Below the pieces are notes generated by a model. The model made no database searches. It had not been told where the DNA came from and worked only from the letters and a program-made list of their open reading frames with translations. From contig JANQXJ010000187.1 of NCBI GenBank assembly GCA_030729445.1, positions 1 through 62,931 on the forward strand: a stretch of 62,931 bases of DNA, given 5' to 3'. Origin of the DNA: Limnohabitans sp. Lineage in GTDB: Bacteria; Pseudomonadota; Gammaproteobacteria; Burkholderiales; Burkholderiaceae_C. The translations under genes were made by a program, and so were the position numbers. Shown piece after piece: positions 1 to 10,634 of the stretch (position 1 is its first letter; each line of letters begins with the position of its first letter).

Positions 1-251
1 ACCACGGGCAGCCGCATCTCAGCAGCCAGCGCCACGATGTGGCGTTCGAACAAGCCGTGAAAATGGTCGTTCAGCACATGCAAGTGCTCGATCAGCAAGT
101 CACGACGGTGGCCGTCTTGGGGCGGTAGGCCGATAAGGGTGAGCACCTCAGCACGGGCCTCCTCCGAGGCCTGGCGACCTTTCAATTGGGAGCGAGGTTG
201 GCGCAGTTGCTGGCGAACCTGGTCCAGGCCAATGTGGGTAGCGTTCGCCAT
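1..251 (-). CDS. N-terminal part (runs off window) of a NuoE/NuoF-type NAD(P)H-dependent oxidoreductase, formate dehydrogenase beta-subunit-like
   Basis: Not in ORF track. Manual translation from ATG at 251: MANATHIGLDQVRQQLRQPRSQLKGRQASEEARAEVLTLIGLPPQDGHRRDLLIEHLHVLNDHFHGLFERHIVALAAEMRLPV; the KGRQ...RRDLLIEHLH..D segment resembles the NuoE-like N-terminus of FDH beta subunits. Confidence 0.7.
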   Translation of the reverse strand, partial: MANATHIGLDQVRQQLRQPRSQLKGRQASEEARAEVLTLIGLPPQDGHRRDLLIEHLHVLNDHFHGLFERHIVALAAEMRLPV

Positions 252-256
252 GTTGA

Positions 257-1570
257 TCAATAGGTTTCGAGGTGCAGACGGCCTTCTTTTTTGAGCGCAG
301 CGCCCACGCTTTCCCAATCGAGCCCGGCGTTCTGTGCGATGTCGCGCAGGGCCATGACCACGCCCTCTTCCATGCTTTTTAAGCCACACACATAAAAACA
401 GGTGTTCGGGTCTTTGAGCTGGGCCGCGATGTCGGCCGCACGATCGCGCATGGCGTCTTGCACATAACGCTTGGGTTTGTCCACTTCGCGCGAGAACGCG
501 AACTCGGTGTCAATGAAGTCTTTGGGCAGGTTGTTGAGTGGCCCGAAGTAAGGCAGCTCGGCAGGCGTGCGGGCGCCAAAGAACAGCATGAGTTTGCCGC
601 CTTCAAACTTGCCGCTGGCCCGCAGGCGGCGGCGCCATTCGGTCATGGCCCGCATGGGCGCAGAGCCGGTGCCGGTACAGATCATGACGATGTTGCTCTT
701 GGGGTGGTTGGGCATCAAAAAGCTCGCGCCAAACGGCCCGATCACCTGCACTTTTTCGCCCACATTCAGATCGCACATGAAGTTGGAGGCCACGCCGCGC
801 ACCGGTTTGCCGTCGTGGTCTTCGAGCACGCGCTTGATGGTCAGCGACAGGTTGTTATGCCCGGGACGCTCGCCGTTGCGGGGGCTGGCAATCGAATACT
901 GACGTGCATGGTGCGGCTTGCCGTTGGCGTCCACACCCGGCGGGATGATGCCGATCGACTGGCCTTCGAGCACCGGGAAGGGCAGGCTGCCAAAGTCGAG
1001 CACGATGTGGTGGGTGTCGTAGTCTTGCTGGCCAGCTTGTTGGCCCACTTCGGTCACACGCAGATTGCCGGTCACGGTGGCGGTGATGGTCTTCTCTGCT
1101 GCTTTGGGGCCATAGAGGTTGGTGTAGGCGTGGGCAGCCGACCAAGGGGGGATCGTCGCGCCAAACTGCGCCGAGTTGAAGCCCGAGGCGGCGGCGGTGC
1201 TGACGGCTGAAGCCGAGGACGCCGCCGCCGCTTGCACAGCCGTTTGTGCTTCTTCTTGAGCGGTGTCAGCCACGCCACCCGCTGCAGCCAACTCTTCGGC
1301 ACTCAGCTCTGCTGGCAAGTCGTACCACTTGAGTTGTTCTTCAATGCTGTAGGCCTTGGCCTTGGGCACCATGCGCCAGTTGTCAATCGAGCCTGTCGGA
1401 CATGGCGAGATGCAGTCCATGCAACCGTTGCAGACGTCGGCTTTGACCACGTAGTTGAGCGAGTCGTGGGTGATGGCGCCCACCGGGCAGATCGCTTCGC
1501 AGGTGTTGCAGCGGATGCAGATTTCCGGGTCGATCAGGTGTTGTTTGATCAGCGTCGCTTCGGTGCTCAT
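257..1570 (-). CDS. boxA: Benzoyl-CoA 2,3-epoxidase reductase subunit BoxA
   Basis: Two 4Fe-4S ferredoxin motifs ([22 protein letters not shown]), FNR-type RQYSIAS and CTGTGSAP, C-terminal RLHLETY; start taken at MSTEATL (GAGAG upstream). Confidence 0.95.
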   Translation of the reverse strand: MSTEATLIKQHLIDPEICIRCNTCEAICPVGAITHDSLNYVVKADVCNGCMDCISPCPTGSIDNWRMVPKAKAYSIEEQLKWYDLPAELSAEELAAAGGVADTAQEEAQTAVQAAAASSASAVSTAAASGFNSAQFGATIPPWSAAHAYTNLYGPKAAEKTITATVTGNLRVTEVGQQAGQQDYDTHHIVLDFGSLPFPVLEGQSIGIIPPGVDANGKPHHARQYSIASPRNGERPGHNNLSLTIKRVLEDHDGKPVRGVASNFMCDLNVGEKVQVIGPFGASFLMPNHPKSNIVMICTGTGSAPMRAMTEWRRRLRASGKFEGGKLMLFFGARTPAELPYFGPLNNLPKDFIDTEFAFSREVDKPKRYVQDAMRDRAADIAAQLKDPNTCFYVCGLKSMEEGVVMALRDIAQNAGLDWESVGAALKKEGRLHLETY

Positions 1571-1620
1571 GTCTTGGCTCTCTTGTATTTGGCGTTTTAT
1601 GTCTGTGGTCTGCGAGGTCC

Positions 1621-1697
1621 GCAACGGAATGGCTTGGGGCCGGGCACCTCATACGGAGTACCGAAAATCGGTGCCCGGCCCCAAGCCATTCCGTCGC
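1621..1697 (-). repeat. Hairpin element 1 (25-bp perfect stem, 21-nt loop), inverted relative to elements 2 and 3
   Basis: 1624-1648 is the exact reverse complement of 1670-1694; minus strand reads stem-GATTTTCGGTACTCCGTATGA-stem. Confidence 0.9.
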
Positions 1698-1755
1698 TCT
1701 GTGCCTGCTTCAACGCTCAGAGTCTACTGGGACCCTGATCGCTCAGCTCACCCAT

Positions 1756-1833
1756 GTCATTGAAAGGGCAAGGGGCGGGTGACGATTTTCGGTACCCCGT
1801 TATGAGGAACCCGCCCCTTGCCCTTTTAATGAC
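1756..1833 (+). repeat. Hairpin element 2 (25-bp stem with one G-T pair, 28-nt loop)
   Basis: Arms 1756-1780 and 1809-1833; loop GACGATTTTCGGTACCCCGTTATGAGGA. Confidence 0.9.
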
Positions 1834-1904
1834 CGCCTCCACTCAAGGCAGAACATAGAAACGACCAGCCACACAGCCACCAACAGACGCTCAACAAATT
1901 CCAT

Positions 1905-1982
1905 GCAGTTGACAGGGGAAGGGGTGGGTGACGATTTCTGGTACCCCAGTATGAGGAACCCGCCCCTTCCTCTGTCAACTGC
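1905..1982 (+). repeat. Hairpin element 3 (25-bp stem with two G-T pairs, 28-nt loop)
   Basis: Arms 1905-1929 and 1958-1982; loop GACGATTTCTGGTACCCCAGTATGAGGA. Confidence 0.9.
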
Positions 1983-2027
1983 TGCCCCCACAACGAAGCA
2001 GAGGCAGCAGTCAAATCAGAAACGCAA

Positions 2028-3455
<1,428 letters not shown>

Positions 3456-3555
3456 GAGAGTCTCCAGAAATGAAAAAGCAACGGTGGGGTCAAATTTCGG
3501 TTGCAGCGTAGACCACCGGGAACCACGCTGCACAACGATCTGAAATGAAAAGGAC

Positions 3556-5214
3556 TTAAACGCGGTTCATGTCGAACTGAACTTTTTCGCCCTTGCCGTA
3601 AACCTTCAGGGCACCTTTTTCGCCCACGGCGTTGGGGCGCTGGAAGATCCAGTTTTGCCAAGCGGTCAAACGGCCAAAAATGCGGGTCAACATATTCTCT
3701 TGGCTGGCAAAACGAAGGTTGGCTTCCAGACCGGTCAGCGCGTCAGGCGACATGGAAGAACGCTCTTCCAAGGCCAGACGGATCTCGTCGGCCCAGTCGA
3801 TGTCGTCAGGGGCAGCGGTGACCAAGCCCAAAGCCAAAGCGGCGTCAGCGTCGAGCGCTTGGCCAATGGCGCCGCGTGCGGCTTCCATGGCGGGCACTTC
3901 TTCATAGAAGCGGCGCTGCAGGCGGGTCTGGTCGTTGACCATGGGGAAGAAACCGAAGTTCATTTCGTTCAGTTGGATCTTGGGGGCTTTGGCCTCGTCG
4001 TCCGGCAGCGCCAGCATGTAAGCGCGGTCAGCGCAGAAAGCCAACTCGGCGAGTGTGCCGACAAAACAAGTCCCTTCTTCAACCAAGGCAAACAGGCTGC
4101 GCGAGGTCACATCCATGCGGGCCAGGGTGCGGCGCAGGTGGCCGATGGTTTCGCGCACAAACCAGTGGTCTTTGTTCGCCAGCATGGTGGCATCCGAGGC
4201 CAACACCGCGGCAGCGTCACCCGCTGTATTGATGACCCAAGTGCCGATGTCGAGTTCGTTGGTGCGCATGTGCAGAACAGCGTCGTCGAGTTCGCGCACC
4301 ATTTGCAGGGGCCACCAGTTCATGCCAGCGGCTTCGATGCCAGCGATGTCGGTGGGCTGTGCTGTGGCGGGGGCCTTGACGGTGAAGGTGGCGATGCGCT
4401 TGGCGCGGTCGATCTCCACCGAGACGTTGGTGTAAGTCAGCGCATCGGCCGCGATGCTGCGGTTCAAGGGGGTCAGCGTCACGCCCTTGACGCCAGCGGG
4501 GCGGATGCTGCCAGCGGCCAGCTTGGTGGCACGCTGCTTGACCACATCTTTGAACACAGCAGGCTTGGCGATCGCATCGACCAAACGCCAGTCCACGGCT
4601 TTTTGGCCGCGCACACCTTCAACACTGGTGCAGAAGATGTCGGCCAGATCGTGGCGCACATGGCGTTTGTCGGTCACGCGGGTCAGGCCGCCGGTGCCGG
4701 GCAAGACGCCGAGCAAGGGCACTTCGGGCAGTGACACGGCGCTGGAGCGGTCATCGACCAAGACGATGTCGTCGCAAGCCAGGGCCAGCTCGTAGCCGCC
4801 ACCAGCACAAGCACCGTTCAGAGCAGCCACAAACTTCAGGCCGTCATGCTTGCTGGAGTCTTCGATGCCGTTGCGGGTTTCGTTGGTGAATTTGCAAAAA
4901 TTCACTTTCCAGCCGTGGGTGGACACACCCAACATGAAGATGTTCGCGCCGGAGCAGAACACGCGGTCCTTCAAGCTGGTCACCACCACGGTGCGCACTT
5001 CAGGGTGCTCAAAACGAATGCGCTGCAACGCGTCATGCAGTTCAATGTCCACACCCAGGTCGTAGCTGTTGAGCTTGAGCTTGTAGCCAGGGCGGATGCC
5101 AGCGTCTTCGTTGATGTTGATCGACAGGGTCGCGATTTCGCCTTCAAAAGACAGTTGGATGTGCTTGTATTCAGCGGGGCTGGTCTGGTAATTGACCTGG
5201 AAATGGGCGCTCAT
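3556..5214 (-). CDS. boxC: 2,3-epoxybenzoyl-CoA dihydrolase BoxC
   Basis: Double crotonase fold (FCSGANIFML, CAGGGYELALACD, GVLPGTGGLTR), KLNSYDLGVDIEL; GGAG RBS. Confidence 0.95.
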   Translation of the reverse strand: MSAHFQVNYQTSPAEYKHIQLSFEGEIATLSININEDAGIRPGYKLKLNSYDLGVDIELHDALQRIRFEHPEVRTVVVTSLKDRVFCSGANIFMLGVSTHGWKVNFCKFTNETRNGIEDSSKHDGLKFVAALNGACAGGGYELALACDDIVLVDDRSSAVSLPEVPLLGVLPGTGGLTRVTDKRHVRHDLADIFCTSVEGVRGQKAVDWRLVDAIAKPAVFKDVVKQRATKLAAGSIRPAGVKGVTLTPLNRSIAADALTYTNVSVEIDRAKRIATFTVKAPATAQPTDIAGIEAAGMNWWPLQMVRELDDAVLHMRTNELDIGTWVINTAGDAAAVLASDATMLANKDHWFVRETIGHLRRTLARMDVTSRSLFALVEEGTCFVGTLAELAFCADRAYMLALPDDEAKAPKIQLNEMNFGFFPMVNDQTRLQRRFYEEVPAMEAARGAIGQALDADAALALGLVTAAPDDIDWADEIRLALEERSSMSPDALTGLEANLRFASQENMLTRIFGRLTAWQNWIFQRPNAVGEKGALKVYGKGEKVQFDMNRV

Positions 5215-5256
5215 GGTGGTCTCCGTCGGTGGCGTCAGGTTTGAATTCTGTCAAAA

Positions 5257-5328
5257 ATGCATTTCAGTGCATGTTGCAGTGAAGTTTAATGCAGGTCAAA
5301 AGCCACTACAACATGCACTTTAATTCAT
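5257..5328. promoter_or_regulatory. BoxR/BzdR-type operator boxes upstream of boxC
   Basis: ATGCA-TTTCAG-TGCAT (5257-5272), degenerate GTGAA-GTTTAA-TGCAG (5279-5294), ATGCA-CTTTAA-TTCAT (5313-5328); BzdR-family repressors bind TGCA repeats. Confidence 0.75.
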
Positions 5329-5371
5329 TTTATAAGTGTTTACCCTAGGAAATGAAGTTTCCTGCGTCCGC

Positions 5372-6286
5372 TCAAGTCGCCAAACTCAAATGTTGGCGAA
5401 CCGAAGACCGCAAGGCCTCGAACGCCTGGTCTTCGGTGCGCCCACTGGTGTTGATGGCCAGGTCGGCCTTGGAATAAAAGGCCGATCGGCCTTCCAAGAT
5501 GCGCTTGAGATCTTCCATGGCCTCGCGGCTGGCGGCCATGGGCCGCATGTCGCCCTGCGCGGCCACACGGCCCATGTGGTCGGCGGCGTCGGCCTGCAGC
5601 CACACGGTCGTGCAGTGCGAAAGCAGCACATTAAAATTGGCCGAATCCGAGACCAAACCACCGGGCGTGGCAATCACCACTTCGGGGTAAATCTGAATGG
5701 CTTCCTCGAGCGCACGGCGCTCGTAGCGGCGGTAGGCATTGGCGCCATAGAGGTTGTGGATCTCGCTGATCTGACAGCCCGCAAACTGCTCAATCTGACG
5801 ACTCAGCTCGATGAAGGGAAAGCCCAGATCACCCGCCAAACGCTGCCCCAGCGCGGTTTTTCCCGCGCCACGCAAGCCGACCAATGCGATGCGGTTTTTA
5901 CGTTCCTGAGCGTTGCCGCCCTCGCCAAACATGTCACTCAATTGCACACGGGCTCGGCGCAGATCCGCCTCACTGCGCTTAGAGAGCAATTCCCTGATCA
6001 ACAACCACTCGGGCGAAGTGGTGGTCACATCACCCAGCAACTCAGCCAAGGAGCACTGCAAGGCATGGGCCACCTGCAACAACACCAAGACAGAGACATT
6101 GCCCGTGCCGTATTCAAGATTGGCCAAATGGCGTTCGGACACGTCGGCGGCTACAGCCACCGCGCGGCGCGTCATGCCTTTTCGAGAGCGTAAGTTGCGC
6201 ACCCGCTCCCCCAGCGCCTCCAGAAAAGGACTGCGCTTGGTGTCGGGCTCGGAGGTTTCGGTGGACGGCTTGACTTCAGAGGTCAT
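5372..6286 (-). CDS. boxR: BoxR (BzdR family) regulator: XRE HTH plus shikimate-kinase-like domain
   Basis: HTH (LGERVRNLRSRKGMTRR...SERHLANLEYG), P-loop GLRGAGKT; alternative TTG start at 6292. Confidence 0.93.
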   Translation of the reverse strand: MTSEVKPSTETSEPDTKRSPFLEALGERVRNLRSRKGMTRRAVAVAADVSERHLANLEYGTGNVSVLVLLQVAHALQCSLAELLGDVTTTSPEWLLIRELLSKRSEADLRRARVQLSDMFGEGGNAQERKNRIALVGLRGAGKTALGQRLAGDLGFPFIELSRQIEQFAGCQISEIHNLYGANAYRRYERRALEEAIQIYPEVVIATPGGLVSDSANFNVLLSHCTTVWLQADAADHMGRVAAQGDMRPMAASREAMEDLKRILEGRSAFYSKADLAINTSGRTEDQAFEALRSSVRQHLSLAT

Positions 6287-6342
6287 GTTCAACGCAGCGG
6301 CTCAGTTAAGGGAAAACCCTAGGATTTATACCAACCTGAAAT

Positions 6343-6384
6343 ATGCACTTTACTGCATACTACAGGACAGGCACCATAGTGCAG
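6343..6384. promoter_or_regulatory. BoxR-type operator boxes in the boxR / benzoate-CoA ligase divergent promoter
   Basis: ATGCA-CTTTAC-TGCAT (6343-6358) and AGGCA-CCATAG-TGCAG (6369-6384), same TGCA-N6-TGCA spacing as upstream of boxC. Confidence 0.75.
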
Positions 6385-6452
6385 GAGATGATGTTTATAC
6401 CGCCAACTGGCGAAATTGAACACAGGCCACCGAAATAAAGAGGAGACACACC

Positions 6453-8015
6453 GTGCGCCCAGCAACCCCGCCCCCAAGCGAATTCAATTTCGCCCAGCAC
6501 TTGATCGCCAGCAACGCAGGACGACCGGACAAAACAGCGCTCATTGACGACACAGGCTCAGTCCAATACGGCACGCTCGCCGAGCAGATTCGCCGCTTTG
6601 CCGGGGGCCTGCAGGCTCTGGGACTCAAGCGCGAAGAACGTGTACTTTTGCTCATGCACGACTGCAGCGACTGGGTGGTGGCCTTTTTGGGTTCACTCTA
6701 CGCGGGCGTGGTGCCCGTGGCGGTCAACACCCTGCTCACGGCCGACGACTACGCCTTCATGCTGCGCAACAGCCGCGCCCAAGCCGCCTTGGTCTCGGGC
6801 GCCCTGCTGCCCGCACTCCAAAGTGCTCTGGACTTGTCCAAAACCGAGGTGCGACAAGTGGTGGTCTCGCGCCCCACAGGCGCTTTGGCACAGGGTCAGC
6901 TCAATATGGCCGACTTGGTGGCCCAAAACAACCCCGTGCTGCCCGCCCAAACGCTGGCCGATGAACCCGCCTTCTGGCTCTATTCCTCGGGCTCCACCGG
7001 CCAACCCAAAGGCACCGTGCACAGCCAGGGCAACCTGTACTGGACGGCCGAGCTGTACGGCAAAGGCGTGCTCCAGCTGCAAGAAAGCGACACCGTGTTC
7101 TCGGCCGCCAAGCTGTTTTTTGCCTATGGCCTGGGCAATGCCCTCACCTTCCCTTTGAGCGTTGGGGCCACGGTGGTGCTGATGGCCGAGCGCCCCACCC
7201 CACAAGCCACCTTCAAACGTCTGGTCGACCACCAACCCACCGTGTTTTATGGCGCACCCACAGGTTACGGCGGCATGCTGGCCAACCCCGAACTGCCTGC
7301 CAAAAGCCAAGTGGCTTTGCGCTTGTGTTCGTCCGCTGGCGAGGCGCTGCCGCGCGACATCGCCGAGCGCTGGACGGCCCACTTTGGTTGCGAAATCATC
7401 GACGGCATCGGGTCCACCGAAATGCTGCACGTTTTCTTGTCCAACCGCCCGGGCGATGTCCGTTATGGCACCACGGGCAAGGCTGTGCCTGGTTACGAAG
7501 TGCAGTTGCGAAACGAAGATGGCAGCGTGGTCACCGGTCACAACGAAATCGGTGATCTCTACATCCAGGGCCCCAGCAGTGCGCTCATGTACTGGAACAA
7601 CCGCGACAAAACCCGCGACACCTTCCAGGGTGTCTGGACCAAGAGTGGCGACAAATACACCCGCGACCCCGATGGCTACTACACCTACTCAGGGCGCAAC
7701 GACGACATGCTCAAGGTCAGTGGCATTTATGTGTCGCCTTTTGAGGTGGAGTCGACCTTGGTTCAACACCCCGCCATTTTGGAGGCGGCCGTGATCGGCA
7801 AAGAGGACACCGACGGCCTGACCAAGACCAAGGCCTTCATCGTGCTGAAGGTGGGCCAAAGCCTGACGCAAGAAGAGGTCAAAGCTTTCGTCAAAGAGCG
7901 CTTGGCCCCTTACAAGTACCCGCGCTTCATTGAGTTTGTGGCAGAACTGCCCAAAACCGCCACAGGCAAAATCCAGCGCTTTCGCTTGCGCGATCTGGAG
8001 AAATCAGCGCCCTGA
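6453..8015 (+). CDS. bclA: Benzoate-CoA ligase family protein
   Basis: FWLYSSGSTGQPKG, SAAKLFFAYGLGN, DGIGSTE, PKTATGKIQR; GTG start after AGGAG; next to box genes. Confidence 0.9.
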   Translation: MRPATPPPSEFNFAQHLIASNAGRPDKTALIDDTGSVQYGTLAEQIRRFAGGLQALGLKREERVLLLMHDCSDWVVAFLGSLYAGVVPVAVNTLLTADDYAFMLRNSRAQAALVSGALLPALQSALDLSKTEVRQVVVSRPTGALAQGQLNMADLVAQNNPVLPAQTLADEPAFWLYSSGSTGQPKGTVHSQGNLYWTAELYGKGVLQLQESDTVFSAAKLFFAYGLGNALTFPLSVGATVVLMAERPTPQATFKRLVDHQPTVFYGAPTGYGGMLANPELPAKSQVALRLCSSAGEALPRDIAERWTAHFGCEIIDGIGSTEMLHVFLSNRPGDVRYGTTGKAVPGYEVQLRNEDGSVVTGHNEIGDLYIQGPSSALMYWNNRDKTRDTFQGVWTKSGDKYTRDPDGYYTYSGRNDDMLKVSGIYVSPFEVESTLVQHPAILEAAVIGKEDTDGLTKTKAFIVLKVGQSLTQEEVKAFVKERLAPYKYPRFIEFVAELPKTATGKIQRFRLRDLEKSAP

Positions 8016-8086
8016 AAATTGAACAGTTGATCACAAGCCCCGCAGCGCATGCTTGCGTTCAAGGGCTGCTCCATCAGCCAACAAGT

Positions 8087-10510
8087 TCAGTTCGCTGCGT
8101 CGCCCTCGCCTGCATGCGGCAGATTCAGCACCCGCTCAATTTCCTTTTGTAACGCTGCTTGCGACATGGGCTTGGACACATAACCGTCTGCCCCCGCACC
8201 CAGAAAACGCTCACGGTCGCCGGTCATGGCGTGGGCCGTGACCATCAAGACGCGGGTTCTGTGACCTAGCTCGGCCTCACGATCACGCAACAATTTGAGG
8301 GCCGTGATGCCATCCATGACCGGCATCATCACGTCCATCAGGACCACATCGAAACGGTCTTTTTCCAACACGTCCAGCGCCTGCAAACCATCACAGGCGG
8401 AGACGTAGCGGTAACCCATGCGCTGCAACATGATCTCAGCCAACTTGCGGTTGATGTCATGGTCCTCGACCAGTAAGACCGAGATCGGTTTTTGGTAAAC
8501 CGGGCTCAAACTCAAGTCGGAACCCTGACCGTCTGCAGAGTGCTCGTCATCCGCGTCCAAATTGGTTTTTTCAACCGGCAAGGTCACCGTGAAGCAAGCA
8601 CCCAGATCGGGCTGCCCGTTGGCGCTGATTTCACCCCCCATCAAATGGACCAGCCTGCGGGTGATGGCCAGGCCTAAGCCCGTCCCCCCGAACGAGCGGG
8701 TGACCGAGCCATCACCCTGGGTGAAGGGACTGAACAGGGCCGCCGTACGCGCTGGATCAAAACCAATGCCCGTGTCGGTGATGCTGATGCGCAACACACT
8801 GTGATCGGCGTCTTGGCCGGGTAAGGCTTGCACGGCCACGGTGACCGCACCCACTTCTGTGAACTTGATGGCGTTGCCAATCAGGTTGGTCAAGACCTGG
8901 CGCATGCGCACCGGGTCCATCCAGGCCCATTCGGGCACCGCCGATGCGATGTCCACCTGCAAATCGATGTCCTTGACACGAGCCAGTTGCTCCAGGGATC
9001 GGCTGGTGTCCCGGATCAATTGAGCCGGGCTGACCTTGAGCAACTCCAGCTCCAGCGACTGGGCTTCGATTTTCGAAAAATCCAGGATCTGGTTGATGAT
9101 GTGGAGCAAGTGGTTGGCCGAGTCCCGTGCCAGCGTCAGGTATTCCTTTTGCGCCGCTTTGTCCTGGGTGTCCATGGCCAACTCGGTCATCCCCACAATG
9201 CCGTTCATGGGGGTGCGGATTTCATGGCTCATGTTCGCCAGGAACTCACCACGCATGCGGTTGTCCTGTTCCGCCTTTTCTTTGGCCTCGATGAGCATCC
9301 TTTGAGCGTTTTCGATGGCCGTGAAGTCCTGCATCACCCCCACAAAATGCACCTCATCGTCCACCCGCATCTCGCTGATGGTCAAGCGCAGAGAGAACAA
9401 CTGGCCATCCTTGCGTCGACCATGGAGCACACGCGGCTGGTTGATGATCTTCTTTTCACCGGTGCGTTGGTAGCTCAGCATGTAATCGTCATGCCGCGGC
9501 CCATCATTGGGGCCCATCAACCTGTCCAACTTTTGGCCAATGAGCTCCTCTGGGCTGTAGCCAAAAATGGCTTGCGTGGCGGCATTGCACTGGACGATCT
9601 GGCCATGGGCGTCGGCCACCACAATGGCTTCTGGCACCGACTTGAAAATGCTGTGCAGCTTGCTTTCGCTCAACCGCATTTGCCGCTCAATTTGCTTGCG
9701 CTCGTTGATTTCTTCGCTCAGCTGCTCGATCGCTGCACGCCGTTCGGTGGACAACTTGCGCGATGTGATCAGGGCCTCTCTGAATCGCCGCACCGTCAAC
9801 CACACCAATAACAGGCCCAAAAAGAGCAAGGCCAAAAGGACGATAAAAGTACGGTTGAGGATGCCGGTGCTGGTGATCTGCCACTGCGAGACGGGAAGCA
9901 CCACCTCCAATGCGCCGCGCACATCACCAGTTTTCCAATCGGTTCGGGGTGAGCTGGGGTAACTGTTGTGACAGGCCACGCAGCGCAGCGTCATGCGGTC
10001 GGCTTGGGCGTAACGGAGGACGCGCTCGCCGTTGAGCACCTCCTCCCGCACAAAAGGCAGGTCCGGGTTTTCTTTCAAATGTTTCAGCGCCTGGCGTTGA
10101 AAGTCATCGAGTTGGCGCTCTTGCACACGCCATGGAAAAGGCTTTTCGCTGTAGAGCCTCACTTGGGTTCCACCATCCACCTTGGACAAGTAATGCCCCA
10201 AATCCAGGGTCAAAGTGGCCGGTAAAGGCAGCGCATTTTTTCGGTTTTTGTAGTCGTGCGTGACGTGCACACCCGCCTCCATGGCGCGGGGCACGATTTC
10301 ATCGGTGTAGAAATTGCGAAATTGCGTCAGGCTGACCGCATGGGCCTGCGCACTTTCGGTGGCGTATTGCCGAACCATCCGCTCGCTGGCTTCGTAGGTA
10401 TAAAGCACCACCCACAGGCAAACGCTCACCAAAAGCACTCCCAGCCACCACAAGGGCCTGCGCTGGAGCGATTGACGAATCCATAAAATAGGTAAAAGGA
10501 AGTATTTCAC
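8087..10510 (-). CDS. Hybrid sensor histidine kinase: periplasmic DUF3365-like domain with CxxCH, PAS, HisKA, HATPase, receiver
   Basis: Two hydrophobic segments flanking CVACH; FLANMSHEIRTPMNG; NLIGNAIKFT, DTGIG, GGTGLGL; VLMDVMMPVMDG...KP. Confidence 0.9.
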   Translation of the reverse strand: MKYFLLPILWIRQSLQRRPLWWLGVLLVSVCLWVVLYTYEASERMVRQYATESAQAHAVSLTQFRNFYTDEIVPRAMEAGVHVTHDYKNRKNALPLPATLTLDLGHYLSKVDGGTQVRLYSEKPFPWRVQERQLDDFQRQALKHLKENPDLPFVREEVLNGERVLRYAQADRMTLRCVACHNSYPSSPRTDWKTGDVRGALEVVLPVSQWQITSTGILNRTFIVLLALLFLGLLLVWLTVRRFREALITSRKLSTERRAAIEQLSEEINERKQIERQMRLSESKLHSIFKSVPEAIVVADAHGQIVQCNAATQAIFGYSPEELIGQKLDRLMGPNDGPRHDDYMLSYQRTGEKKIINQPRVLHGRRKDGQLFSLRLTISEMRVDDEVHFVGVMQDFTAIENAQRMLIEAKEKAEQDNRMRGEFLANMSHEIRTPMNGIVGMTELAMDTQDKAAQKEYLTLARDSANHLLHIINQILDFSKIEAQSLELELLKVSPAQLIRDTSRSLEQLARVKDIDLQVDIASAVPEWAWMDPVRMRQVLTNLIGNAIKFTEVGAVTVAVQALPGQDADHSVLRISITDTGIGFDPARTAALFSPFTQGDGSVTRSFGGTGLGLAITRRLVHLMGGEISANGQPDLGACFTVTLPVEKTNLDADDEHSADGQGSDLSLSPVYQKPISVLLVEDHDINRKLAEIMLQRMGYRYVSACDGLQALDVLEKDRFDVVLMDVMMPVMDGITALKLLRDREAELGHRTRVLMVTAHAMTGDRERFLGAGADGYVSKPMSQAALQKEIERVLNLPHAGEGDAAN

Positions 10511-10634
10511 ATGACGCCTTTGATACTAGGCGCATGATAACAATGAATACCTAAAACTTCTATTTCAAAACAACCCAAGAAGCCCAAGGCTCAGGCCTTA
10601 CCCAGCGCAAAGGCTGGATTGGCCGTGTTGAGGG

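Noticed and set aside
1621-1982. Hairpin triad read as a CRISPR array, attC cassettes, terminators, hammerhead ribozyme or SECIS
   Set aside because: Units are about 78 bp, non-identical and in mixed orientation, with no cas or integrase gene in the window; no RYYYAAC/GTTRRRY boxes bounding the units, no U tracts, no CUGAUGA core; not positioned after an in-frame UGA.
3484-3497. 14-mer GTGGGGTCAAATTT shared with 38719-38732
   Set aside because: A rough estimate (63,000 squared / 4^14) gives on the order of ten such chance matches in a window this size, and one copy is inside a coding region.
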